From NCBI GenBank assembly GCA_033442325.1, contig JAWQFM010000008.1:575851-639850 (forward strand): 64,000 nt of DNA, in the 5' to 3' direction. Below are positions 40,206 through 59,263 of the stretch, piece by piece (the stretch's first letter is position 1; every line of letters starts with the position of its first letter). Under the pieces are notes generated by a model. That model saw only the letters and a list, made by a program, of their open reading frames with translations. It made no database searches and had not been told where the DNA came from. The position numbers and the translations under genes were made by a program. The DNA is from Salpingoeca rosetta. Taxonomy: Eukaryota > Protista > Choanoflagellata.

Positions 40206-43200
40206 CCTCTGTGTGTGTGTGTGTGTGTGCTCTGTGTGTGTGTGTGTACGTGTGTGTGTGTGTATGTCTATGCCTACTATCCTACGCGAATGCGTAAACA
40301 ATGGCTTACAACACTCGCGACCATTGCCTCGCTTCTACGCCTTGCATATTTACGGCCGCAACCACTCCTTGTTGCCCTATGCTACCTTCCCCAACCTTGC
40401 AAACACAGTGCTGTATGACAACGAGGACAACCTGCAAGCCATGCCTGTTGTTGGCGCCCAACTCTCAAAGTACCTCCTTGAGAAGTCTCGTGTGACAACA
40501 CAAGCCCCTGGCGAGAGCAACTTCCACGTCTTCTACTACTTCCTCTCCGGTGTCTCTGACGAGCGGTGAGTAGTGATCTCTCTAGATCACGGTCGTGTGT
40601 GTGTGTGCGTGTGTGTGTGCGTGTGTGTGTGTCTGTGTGTGTGTCTGTGTGTGTGCGTGTGTGTGTCTGTGTGTGTCTGTGTGTCTGTGTGTCTGTGCCT
40701 GTGTGTGCCTGTGTGTGTCCCTGCGTGTACCACATGCTCTTCACACTCACACGCATTGGCATACCGTCACTCACCTCCCACTGACCTTTATGCTGTCACC
40801 ACTGCCGCCATCACTGCAGCCGTGACGAACTCCACCTGAAGCCAGCTCACGAGTACAACTATCTCAACCCAAAGCGCTCGGCCAGCGCCAGGAAAGGCGG
40901 CAACTTGGCAGCAGCCTCCAAGGGTGACGTGAGTTGTGTTGAGCACATGCGCTGCGCAGATGCTGGGTGCTGAAACACGACCAACGTGATGTGTGATAAA
41001 TGTCGAGTCTTCTCCCCAACACCCTGTTGTCTCAGTCACGGGCAGTTGCGTGGCTTTGGCTGCGACTGTCGCACGTGACGTGCCATGCCCTGAAATCACT
41101 TGCACAGCATCCACACGGATGCACACCCACTGTTGCGCCAGCTTACACATCCAGTCACATGATCATTCCCTACAATTGGCACACACGCACTCGCCTTCAC
41201 ATGCACGCGCGCACACACACTGTTTCGTGCGTGGCAACAGATGCCCGCCACGGTACTGTCAGAGAGCGGCGCGAAGAACTGTGCAGACCAGTTTGCCGAG
41301 GTGCTGAATTGCCTGCAGGCAATTGGCCTCACAGACGCCGAGCGCTGGGAGATTCAACGCATCCTCGCCGGTGTTCTCGAGCTCGGAAACCTCACGTTCA
41401 CCAGCCAAGGTTCGCACTTTCACATTGTCAACTCTGCATGCTGCAGTTTACAATGTCCTGTTTTGTAGTGAATTTCATGTCACTGGCTGGTCAGAGTTAA
41501 GCACAGTCTTATGTGCACTGTTGCTTGCATCACACACACACACACACACACGTCCACATTCCCTAAACAATTTCTTGTCCAACGCTTTGGCTCTATTGCC
41601 CACAAACATCACTCACTCAACACCATCTACAACACACATATTCCCGACCACTGCACCACTGACAGGGTCTGGCGAGGACGCTGATGCTTTTGACGGCCAC
41701 ATCCTTGATCCTGCAAACCCGGAATGCCTCGAAGCCGTTGCAGATGTGCTCGGAATCTCTGCGGTGAGTTGCTTCACTTCATATTCTTGTTGTGCCCCTG
41801 TTTACAATTCATTGCTCCTGATGAAATTCACCACCACGTTTGTCTGCATGCTTGCATGCACATAGGATGACTTGCACGAGACCATCGTCACCACGTCCTT
41901 CACCACCGCCGGCGAAACATTCACAAAGCCAAAGAGTATGTGAAAGAGCTGATATGTCGTTACAATGCGTGCGTGCGTGTGTGTATGTGTTTGTGTGCGT
42001 GCGTGTGTGTGTGTGTGTGTGTCTCGTGTACGGCCAGGCAAGTTGAACCCAACCCTTGCAACGTCATGCACAACTCCATACATCGCTCACATATGCCTTA
42101 TGGATACGATTCTAATCTGCTTGCAGGCATGGTGGAAGCGTTTGATATTCGCGACGCCATCGCCCGCGCGCTCTATGACTCCCTGTTTGAGTACCTCGTC
42201 AAGCGGTCAAACCAACTCCTGCACACACGAGCAGCAGAGTAAGTGTGTTTACCTGTTTCTCTATGTTTCGTCAGGTGGCTTGGTGCTCAGTTCTTTGATC
42301 GCACACAAGCTCTCTTGCTTTCATGACGAGCACCCTAATCACGAATCACGGCTATTTCTGTTGCTGTTAGCATTCATATCTTCCACACACATCCACTCAT
42401 CCACGCCCACGTGCACATAATTGCACACGCATGCGTTGGCTTACACACATTTTCTGTCTAAACCAAAACAGCAAAGATACGTGCAGCATCGGTGTGCTTG
42501 ACATCTTTGGTTTCGAAAGCTTCGCCGTGAACGGGTACGAAAACCCGCACACTTGCACCTCATTGCTCCAACCACTGCGACATGCACACGTCAGAGCTGT
42601 TGTGTTGCACCATTACAGCAGCCACCTCGTTTCCTTTCGTTTCGGTTCCTATGACTTTCCTCTCACCGCGATTGCTGCTGTCTTGTATTGGGGGCTATTA
42701 TTCTGCGCTCTCCGTTGGGGTTGCTCAGGTTTGAGCAGCTTTGCATCAACGTCGCGAACGAACAGCTGCAGAACTTCTTCAACTCCCACATCTTCAAGGT
42801 ACTGCCTGACTGGACTGGGTGGAGGTCTGTCTTTGCTTGCATGCATCTGTGTCGCGTAGTCTCTGGTGGTCTGACTTGCTCCGCGTTCATCTCATGATGG
42901 GTTTTGACAACAACACGTGGTTTGCGTGATGCCCTAACAGCCACTGCCCTCCCATCCTCCCATCCTCCCATCTTGTTCTCGCCATTTGCTCAATGCATAT
43001 GTATCACGGTCACCGTATATGCTTCCACACTGCTGCTCCCTATGCACCGCAGATGGAATTGGACGAGTACGACAAGGAGGGCGTCAAGGGTGCTGTCATC
43101 AAGTATAACGACAACACGCAGCAGGTGGATTTGTTTCTCAAGAAGCCTGTTGGCCTTCTCCTCCTCCTCGATGAAGCTTCCCGCTTTGCGCGTTCCACCG

Positions 43201-45709
43201 CTGCCTCTGTCAAGGTTCGCGTGAGTGATGATGTGCTGTGAACGCGATTGAGAATGAAGCCGTGTGTAAGGATAACATATTATGGCGTCTGTGACGTCAT
43301 GCGGATACGATTGCCGTTTCTTGACCTCAACATTTCCCTCACCAAAATCTTTGGCCTTTCAAACACACACGCGCACGTGCGCGCAGAACAAGTTTGACAG
43401 CCACTTCAAGGACCACCCGTTGTATTCACCAGCAAAGAAGAACCCTGAATGCTTCACAATCGCACACTACGCGGGCAGCATCACGTACAACAGTCATGGT
43501 ACAGTACACGCACACACACACATACACACGCAAGCCAGCAATCCTGGTCCTACACCGATAACAATAGCAGCAGCAACACCCGACTCCATGACAGTGTTAT
43601 GCTATTATGGCATGGCATAACACATATGGTTTGATTGCGAGTGCTTGCTGTTTCGTGTGCTTTTGCGATCATGCCACAGCACATGCACCAGTGCTCATCG
43701 CACCACCATGCCACGACCTGCCATTCCTCATCTGCCGCAGGCTTTCTTGAACGCAACCGCGACAGCCTGCCTGATTCAGCACAGGATGTGATGGGCGAGA
43801 GTTCGCTCGCCCTCATTCGCTCATTCTTCAAGGTCAGTTGGTGGCTTCCTCCACCTGCGCACATTGCCGACGCTGCAAGCCTGCCCAGTTCTCTATTGCA
43901 ACTCTTGTCCGCAGCGCACCAACCGCTCACGGTGCAAGGATGCCCTCTGACACACACGCGCACACATGCACACGCACACACACACACACACACATACACA
44001 CCACACCACACCACACCACACCACACCACACACACGACATCAGGGCGCTGGAACCAGCTCTCGTGGTGCTGGTGGCGCATCGCACATTTCTCCTACGCGG
44101 GCCAACTTCAAGCACAAGAGCAAAGCGTGAGTCTACTCATTGCAGAGTACGCGCTTGTGTTGACAGCTCGCTCGTGTGCGTGATGGACACGGACATCAAA
44201 GCGTGCGCTCACACCACACTCTCCTTGCTTCATTTGCCAACTGTGGCGATTGGCAGCCGTTTCAGTCGCAAGCACAAGAGCCGGCGCGGGAGCCACGACC
44301 ACAAGTCAAGCGGCATGAAGGCGCTTAGCTTTGCGCGCAACCTCTTTTCGCGACGTGGCAAGTCTCGCAAGAGCAAGAAAGCCAGCCTGAAGCGCGTGCA
44401 ATCACGCATGGCGCCAACGGTGGCTGCTGTCTTTCGCCAATCTCTGGCGGTGAGTACAACGATCTGGGTGTGTGCGCGTAGGTGTGTGTATGTGCGAAGG
44501 TGTGTGTATGTGCGCGTGTGTGTGTGTGTGCGTGGGTGAGTGTGGGTGTAGGTGTATCCATGTACATGGTTGATGCTATACGAACGTACACACAAAGCGC
44601 ATGTGTATATGGGTGCGTGCAACATGTCTTCAGCACAGAGGTTGTTCGGGCATGCCCATTCCACACTAATGAGCGACACCACTGCTTTGGGTCCTCACTC
44701 AGGTGCTAATGACGAAGCTGAATGCGCGGGTGCCATACTTTATTCGCTGCATCAAACCAAACCGCGAGAAGAAGGCAGGCTTCTTCGACGCCAAAGCTGT
44801 TCGAGAGCAACTCACCTACACAGGTGTGTTGTGTGTGTGTGTGTGTAGTGTAGTGTAGTGTAGCGTAGCATGCGTGCGTGCGTGCGGGCGTGTGGTTGTG
44901 TGTGCGTGCGGTTGTGTGTGCGTGCGTGCGTGCGTGTGGTTGTGTGTGTGCGTGTGTGTGCGCCGCTTATTGGACAGCGCGTGTTTCGCTGTTGGGCTAT
45001 CACTCAACCTCATACGCATCGCTGCTGGTGTTTTCAAACAGGTGTGATGGAGACGACCAGCATCCGCCAGTGCGGCTATCCTGTTCGCTTGCCATTCAAG
45101 ACCTTCTTCAACATGTACAAGGTCAGCATGCCACGTGTGGACGGACGCATGTGAATTGAGCGGAGCTGCTCTGCTTTACCCTGCATATGCGATGTCCCTC
45201 GACACTGACTGTGACGCACGCACGCACACACGCACACACACACGCACGCACGCACGCGCACACCCACAAACACACTCGTGTGCACAGGCGCTGGATGGGT
45301 CAGCCACAGACGGAGAAGACGTCAAGTGCTACAAAACAGCGTGTCAGTCGTTGTTGCAGAGGGCGAACCTCAAGGACTGGGCCATGGGCAACACCAAGGT
45401 GAGATGGTGCGCTTGTGCACTCCCTCAAGTGAGTGTGTGTCTTTCTGCACTCTTCTCTCCCTGCCTGTCAGTCATCCTTGTTGGGGTTTAAGATCCCAGC
45501 TCCCCGCGTTCTCACCACCGATTCACGCGTGTGGCCATTGTCTCTTGTGTTTAGGTCTTCTTGCGGTATCACCACTCCGATGAGCTCGCAGCCAAGCTTG
45601 GTGTTATGAACAAACATGCAGCACACTTGCAAGCATGTGTGCGTGGCTTTTTGTCGCGTCGCAAACTGCCTGCGCTTCGCGAACAAGGTACACAGCACGC
45701 ACTTGTGCG

Positions 45710-45758
<49 letters not shown>

Positions 45759-48004
45759 GCTAGCTGTTGTATTTGAGGATGGTGTGCTAGAAGCTTCACC
45801 TCCCACTTGATACCCCACTGACCGTCTCTCCTTTGCTCTCCACCCCCCCCCCTCACCCACCCAACACTCGTACAACGCCAACACAACACAACACAACACA
45901 ACACGACACAACAGCGGAAGAGCGGAAGAAGAAAGCGGCAGAGGCAAACGCACGCGTGGGCGAGGAGGGAACCACGGTGTTCACGCCACGCGGTAGCTGC
46001 ATCTCTCTTCATGTGGACGACGGTGATAGTGGCAATGGCGCCCGTCTCATCAGCAACGGCAGCAACTTGTCGCTTCTCACCCAGAAGCTGGCTACGTCCG
46101 CGCGCACGCCATCGCAGTCGTCCGACCTCACGTCGAAGATGTCTCGCCACAAGCGTGGCTCCTCGAAGCGCGGGCGCCTGCACCACTCCAAGCGTCGCTC
46201 CAAGGTGACCCTTGTCAACGTGCGGCAGAGCGTGCGGTGCGCATCGCGCCCAATCAAGGCCATCTGGCCACCCCGCCCCATTGCGGAGGAGGAGGAGGAG
46301 GAGGCGAACGGGGGCGCGGGTGGGCAGCACAAGAAGAAGCCAACGCCTGCACTCGGCGCATCTATCCGCAACCTTGGATCAGGCAAGTTCAAGGCAAACC
46401 GCGCCCTGCTCATCAAGCGGCTGGAGGGCAGCACGGACACGGAGCCATCTCGCTCGCCGCCATCCGCGTCCTCCTCTGGTGCTGCCAGTCGACGCGCAAC
46501 CGCAGAGGTGTCGCCCAGTGGCCACAAGGTGCGCGCACCAGAGGGCCTGGGCGCCCTCCTTGCCAGCCCGCAGCGCCAGGCACCCACGCGTGCTGCACAG
46601 ATGGACGTGCTGAGCCGCCTTCGAGCTGGGGCAGCAGCGGCGCGATCAACACCCTCCATCTCCGTCACATCGGCACCGCCAACACCAACAACACCAACAA
46701 CATCCCTGCAAGCCCATCATCAACCGCAGCAGCAGCAGCAAGCGGCCGCCACACTCCGCGGCATGACGGGGCGCACCAGCAGCACTGATGATATTGACGA
46801 CAACAACGACGACGAAGAGGATGAGGAGGACATGATGGCGGAGACCACTCCACGTGCGAAGCGCGTCAGCATTGATGTCTCTGCGCAGCGGCCGGCACCA
46901 CCACCCGTACCACTCCTCCTGGCACGAGATACCGCCGCTACAGCTGTCGCAGACAAAGGGCGTGCGGATTCTGGCCTGGGATTGGTTTCAGGAGCCTCAA
47001 CCCCAGCACCACCACCGCCACCCCCGCCACCCCCAGCACCCACTGTACCAACAATGGTTCCACCGCCACCACCGCCACCGCCACCGCCATCATCACAATC
47101 AGCAGTCTCATCGTCAACACCATCAGCGCCCACACCGCCAGCATCGTCAAGGGCGCCACCACCGCCGCCGCCACCGCCACCTCTTCCATCCTCGTCTTCA
47201 ACATCAACCACTGCACCGCACCATCGTGCCCGCAGCTCTCCTCTGCAGCGAGAGGAGCACGCCCCCTCCGGCGCCCGCACACCCCCGGCCATGTCGTCCA
47301 GGGCAGGCAGCGGGGTCGTATCTGCACCGTCGCCGCTCGCAATGGCGGCCGCAACCGCTGCTGCCAAGACACAGGGCATAACGGCTGCGTCGGCTGTCTT
47401 GGCAAGCAAGCTTCGGATGCCTTCGCCCTCATCGCAACCATCGACGACCATATCACCACCACCTCCGCCGCCGCCGCCGCCACCACCTCCACAGCTTAGC
47501 ACCAGCACCACGAGCGGTGTTCCGCCACCGCCGCCGCCTCCTCCTCCTCTGCCATCATCAACGACCATGGCGCCACCACCGCCACCGCCACCGCCTCCAC
47601 AATCGACACCTACGAGTACCACAGGCACTGCACCAGCCCCGCCACCGCCGCCGCCTCCTCCTCCTCTGCCACCGACGGCAGCTAACACAAGCGCTTCCTC
47701 ACCACCGCCACCGCCACCGCCACAATCGACACCTACGACCACAGGCACTGCACCAGCCCCGCCACCGCCGCCGCCACCGCCACCGCCGCCTTCCCAGTCT
47801 GCGGCGCCACCAGTAACACCGTCGACAGGTGCACCACCACCACCTCCTCCACCCAGCAACCTGAAACCGCCCCTGCAACAGCAACCGCCGCAGCAGCAGC
47901 AGCCGGCACACTGCGACGCAAACAAGCCCGTGTCCCTGGCTGATGCACTGCAGGCGAAGCTCAGGAGCAAAGGTCGCTTGAACCCGCCATCCACCGTCCT
48001 GTGA
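38620..48004 (+). CDS. Unconventional myosin (class III/XVI/XXVIII-like motor, no kinase), one IQ motif, proline-rich tail ending in a WH2-like motif
   Basis: P-loop [12 protein letters not shown], switch [28 protein letters not shown], switch [35 protein letters not shown] motif [13 protein letters not shown]. The last exon (~45915-48004) is polyproline-rich. Confidence 0.93.
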
Positions 48005-48133
48005 GGCAGAACTGCATACCTTCCGCCCCCCCCCCCATTGTCCCTTCCATAGGCACTGTTGGTTTTGTGTCTTGCGCTCGGTGAGCGGGCACGTCAGGTG
48101 ATCGCATGCACCTGGCGGTGCAAGTGAGCCCTA

Positions 48134-48225
<92 letters not shown>

Positions 48226-48227
48226 GT

Positions 48228-48327
48228 NNNNNNNNNNNNNNNNNNNNNNNNNNNNNNNNNNNNNNNNNNNNNNNNNNNNNNNNNNNNNNNNNNNNNNNNN
48301 NNNNNNNNNNNNNNNNNNNNNNNNNNN
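48228..48327. other. Assembly gap (100 N) between the myosin and hydrolase 3' ends
   Basis: N run between inverted (TG)n and (CA)n tracts. Confidence 1.
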
Positions 48328-48393
<66 letters not shown>

Positions 48394-48531
48394 AACAAAA
48401 CGCAACACCACACAGCACAATAATGAACCAACGCACCCACTTCACACACACACGCGCGCGCGCGAAAACGCACGCCTTCACCCAGCAAAGAACAACACAA
48501 GGCAATTACGTCGACTTGGTGGCGTCCTTGC

Positions 48532-48567
<36 letters not shown>

Positions 48568-48568
48568 C

Positions 48569-49909
48569 TCAGTTGCAGTCTTGAATAAACGACTTGACAA
48601 TGGAGCCGATATCAAGCGGAAACTCCTCGTACGAGCGCAGGGCCCCTCGGGTTTCAACAACACGCAGCTTGCTGTCGCCTGCCGCCACAGCTTCGTGGAG
48701 CGGCTGCAGGTCTGCGCGAGAGGTCTCTGGCGCACCATATCCCATGACTACAAGGGTGGGCACGCGGCATCCACCGCGAAGCAGCGCTGCAAGCTCGTCG
48801 CGGCTGGCGACAGGATCGGCCTTGCCCACCAGGAAGGCACACTTGCCCAGGATGGGGCCTTCCTTTGCGAATGCTTGGTTCCGTGTGATGACGTCGTCCG
48901 TGATGGCCTCCGGGTTCTCAAACACGTGCGAGTGAAGCTGCTTCTTGATGTGCTCCCGCGAGGTGAACATGTTGTGGATGGCATCTCCCACGTACGGGAG
49001 CTGGTACAGCTTCCAGATGGCCGAGCTTGCGTAGTCCAGCAGCATGCTCTCCCGCGTCTTGCCTTTGCTCTCCAAGTCGAATTTGACGGTTGGTAGTGGT
49101 CCTCGGAAGGTTGGATTGAGGAGGACGAGGCACGAGAACAGCTCAGGGTTTTGTTGGGCGGTGCGTAGCGCAGTGATGGCGGCGTGCCCGGTGGCCACCA
49201 CCGCCACCCCCTTTGTCGACGGCGGCTGCAGTTGTGGTTGTTGTTGTTGTGGTGGTGGTGGTGGTGGTTGTTGTTGTTGCTGTTGTTGCTGTTGTTGTTG
49301 TTGTTGCTGTTGTTGTTGCTGTTGTTGCTGTTGTTGTTGTTGCTGTTGTTGCTGTTGCTGTTGCTGCTGTGAGGTGTTTCCACTGTTTGCATCTGCGGCC
49401 ATTGCTTGGCCGTAGCGCGCCACCATGGTGGTGAGGCCGCTATCGATGAGCTGTGTGTTGTAGTGTGTGGGTCGGAGGGTTTGCTTGTTGAGGCCATAGG
49501 ACGGAACCTCCGTGACGCCAAAGTTTGAAAAGGACGCCTCGGCCATGGGGAAGAAGATGGTACGTGAGGAAACGAAGCTTGGCGGCGCAATAAACAGGAC
49601 TGGCTGTTGCAGGCGCGTGCCTGCAGCAGAGCCCTCTTCCGCTGGCAACGTAAACTGGTCCACCGTGAGGTCAAAGTACAGGTGGCTGAACCCGCCTGCT
49701 TGCAGGTTGTAGTCCGGCATTCTCGGCGCAGACCAGTCCACGGCGAAGCGCTGGTGGCTTGCCCGCGGGTGGCGTGCCAGGAACGCGTCTATCCGCGCCT
49801 CATGCTCGTTGAGCCGCTCGCGTTCCTCCTGCGCCTTGACCCCCGCATACACCACCGCCACCCCGCCACCAACAACACCAGCACCCAACAGCCGCAACAA
49901 CACGCCCAT
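48569..49909 (-). CDS. Intronless alpha/beta-hydrolase-fold protein with an N-terminal membrane anchor and polyQ insert; non-canonical nucleophile elbow
   Basis: Single ORF with PVLFIAPPSFVSSR, VAVVATGHAAITAL, LVLLNPTFRGPLP, HSHVFENPEAIT, AFLVGKADPVASRDE, VPTLVVMGYGAP and GALRSYEEFP. Confidence 0.85.
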   Translation of the reverse strand: MGVLLRLLGAGVVGGGVAVVYAGVKAQEERERLNEHEARIDAFLARHPRASHQRFAVDWSAPRMPDYNLQAGGFSHLYFDLTVDQFTLPAEEGSAAGTRLQQPVLFIAPPSFVSSRTIFFPMAEASFSNFGVTEVPSYGLNKQTLRPTHYNTQLIDSGLTTMVARYGQAMAADANSGNTSQQQQQQQQQQQQQQQQQQQQQQQQQQQQQQQQQQPPPPPPQQQQPQLQPPSTKGVAVVATGHAAITALRTAQQNPELFSCLVLLNPTFRGPLPTVKFDLESKGKTRESMLLDYASSAIWKLYQLPYVGDAIHNMFTSREHIKKQLHSHVFENPEAITDDVITRNQAFAKEGPILGKCAFLVGKADPVASRDELAALLRGGCRVPTLVVMGYGAPETSRADLQPLHEAVAAGDSKLRVVETRGALRSYEEFPLDIGSIVKSFIQDCN

Positions 49910-50605
49910 CACGACACCACAAACCGCAGCGTGCACAGTCCAAACAAAAAATCGAAAAACGCGATGATTCTCCCGCTCACGTCATTCCTGGAAAATTATG
50001 TAAAATGCCACAAATTTTCTGTCTTCACCTTGCACGCCACATGCGCACAACATGAAAGCACAAAACAAGCAAACCAATCGCTGTGCTGCCTGCTGCGGCA
50101 GTGTGTCAGAGAACAACAGAACAACACCTCTGCTCGCGTGGCGAGCACGCGTGGCGCGCTTCGACCACAACAACAACAAAGAAAAAATTACATACACATG
50201 TATTTTTGTTGATTTGAGCAAGCGACAAAACAAGCACGAGCTTATTAAACTTGTGTTGCTGCAGTCAAGCGCCGACAGCGCGCGTGCCACTCGTCGACAA
50301 CTTGCCAAGCACGTGACCACTCCTCAACTTCACGTCACTACGGCAGCAACGATTCAACTCCTACAGTAACGAATTCGACAGCGGCGCGAATGTGCGGCTG
50401 CGCCCAGGCGGCTTCTTCCTCCCCAGGTGAGGTGTTGGCGAGGCAGGTTGAAGGGATGGTGCTGGGGATTGGAAGGAGAGGCGGGTGAATTGTGAAGCAA
50501 CTCGTGTAGGGAATCTCGTATCCTCTCGACAATGTGCCGTGCTTGTCCCTGTGTGTTGTCGTGTCACCTCCTTTTCTCTCGTCCACATTGGACAACTTTT
50601 ATCGG

Positions 50606-50696
50606 CTCTCTCTGTCTATCTGTCTGTCTGTCTGTCTGTCTCTCTGTCTCTCTCTCTCTCTCTCTATCTCTCTCTGTCTCTCTCTGTCTCTCTCTA

Positions 50697-50749
<53 letters not shown>

Positions 50750-50772
50750 GTCTCTCTCTCTCTGTCTCTCTC

Positions 50773-50811
<39 letters not shown>

Positions 50812-50840
50812 GTCTCTCTCTCTCTGTCTCTCTCTCTCTA

Positions 50841-50876
<36 letters not shown>

Positions 50877-50897
50877 TGTCTCTCTCTCTCTCTCTCT
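50606..50897. repeat. ~290-bp (CT)n/(GA)n pyrimidine/purine-biased tract
   Basis: Directly visible; occasional G/A interruptions. Confidence 0.95.
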
Positions 50898-51026
50898 TCC
50901 CCCCTTCCTCCCCCACTTCCCCGCCATTACCTCACCCCACTCACATGCACACACGCAACATACGACGTCTGCTCCACCACTCTCCATCCACACACTCTTC
51001 ATCCACACACATACTTCATAAGCGAC

Positions 51027-57299
<6,273 letters not shown>

Positions 57300-57793
57300 G
57301 AGGAGCCAGCAACAGAACAGCCTTCACAAGGGAGCTCGTGACTGCATGGCCAGGCATGGCGTTGCTTCTCGGCCTTCCTTTTGTGTGTCTGTTCGGCATG
57401 TCTGTGCCGATTCGCTTCACGAACACTCAACATGTAACAGATCATCAAAGCCAAGCTCACGTGAAGCAATAAACGAAGTCCCTCAGTCCAACCCATGTGA
57501 GTCCAACCCATGTGGCTCAACGACAAATGTAAACACAGTATTTGTTTGTTTATTGGAGGGCGAGAACGGTTGCAGACAACAAGTCAACGCAGATCACTTG
57601 TGTGCTGGTCACCGACAGGTGCAGCTGTCACGAAACAGAGAAGCGTCGTGGGGAACACGACAAAAGTGTCACACAACGAGCGGGGGTGAAACAGCAACAC
57701 TCGACATCACGCGAGGGAAACAAAACAGCCTTCGCAAACGGTGTGCATGAGAGTGTGTGTGTGTCTGTGTGTGTGACGAGGTGCTTGGACACG

Positions 57794-58291
57794 TCAGCGA
57801 TTACTGCTTGGTGGCGGCGCCCCACATGTCGAAGTTGCGGCAGAGCTCAGGCTTGGCGTCGCGTGCAGGAGGCCATGCACCACCAGCCATCACGCTCTCA
57901 AGCTAATAAGAGACGGAGGCGAAGGGGGGGGGGGACAGAGCGAGCGTTGGTTTAAGCAGGGAAACCAGGGGAGTATGGTGGGAGAGGTGGTGAGGTGTGT
58001 TCTGAAATGCAAACATGTAGATCTCACAACCACAATGACCATATCCACGCTGTTAACACACACACACACACACTTATTGACACATTGACACACACAACGT
58101 GCACACACACGCACACACTTACCTCCTCGATGGTGCGTGGGACGGAGGACATGTTGTCGATGCCCGTGGCGGTGACGATGACGTTGTCCTCAAGGCGAAC
58201 ACCACCCCATCCGCGGAACTAAAGCCAGCACCCAATTGAAGAACAAGTGAGGCGGATGGCGAGGCTTACACACACGTGGCACACACACGTG

Positions 58292-58335
<44 letters not shown>

Positions 58336-59187
58336 CACACACACACGCACACACACACACACACACACACACGCATATGCATACACATATCAGCAAAGGG
58401 CCCGACCTGGTTGAGGCGCTCGACGTTGACAAACTTGCTGAGTGTCGGGTCGGCGATGATCTTGTCCATCTCGGAATCAATGAAGTACATGCCGGGCTCA
58501 ACTGTCAGCACCATGTTCTGTTCGGACGCCGTGGGTTAGCAAGGAGTGCGCACACGTTAGCCATTCGCGCAGGTGCAGACACGTGCGTGTACGAGAGATT
58601 GCGTCGAGCAAAGCAAACCCAAGCCAACAAAAACACAAATTAACGTCACGTTGTGCAATGTTTTGTTACAGGCCACTCGCACTGCCGTACCTCCTTCAGT
58701 TCGCGGGCTGTACGAACACTGCGGAGGCCAGGCTTGTCAATGCGCTCAGGGTACCCTGTGATCCGAGGAAGGAGCACGCGGATAAAGCCAACAATTTAAC
58801 AAGCACATCAACGAATTGATATCAAAAATCAACATACACATCGAGAAACACATCAATACACAATCTATCACCAATACGCAATCAATCATCAATACGTAAT
58901 CAATCAGCCAAACAAGCGTCAACTTGTCTGCCTGCGCGGGCACAAGACGGCGCACGCATGCAGGCATTGCACAACGGGTGTAAGAACCTGGGAGGTAGCC
59001 GCCAACGTCGTGGGTGTCGATGCCCATGAAGTGACCGAGGCCGTGCGGCATGAAGTACCCGCCAAGGTACACCTTCATCATCTCCTCAATGTCGCCGTGC
59101 AGCACGCCCAGCTGCAGCAGCAACGCACGCCAGCACGAGCACACAATCATGGCATGAGCACACGCAACAGCAAAGGCGGTTAGAAAA

Positions 59188-59263
<76 letters not shown>

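Noticed and set aside
50532-51026. N-terminal poly-(Ser-Leu) extension of the 1217-aa ORF
   Set aside because: Read-through of the (CT)n tract; the real start is more likely at or after 51027.
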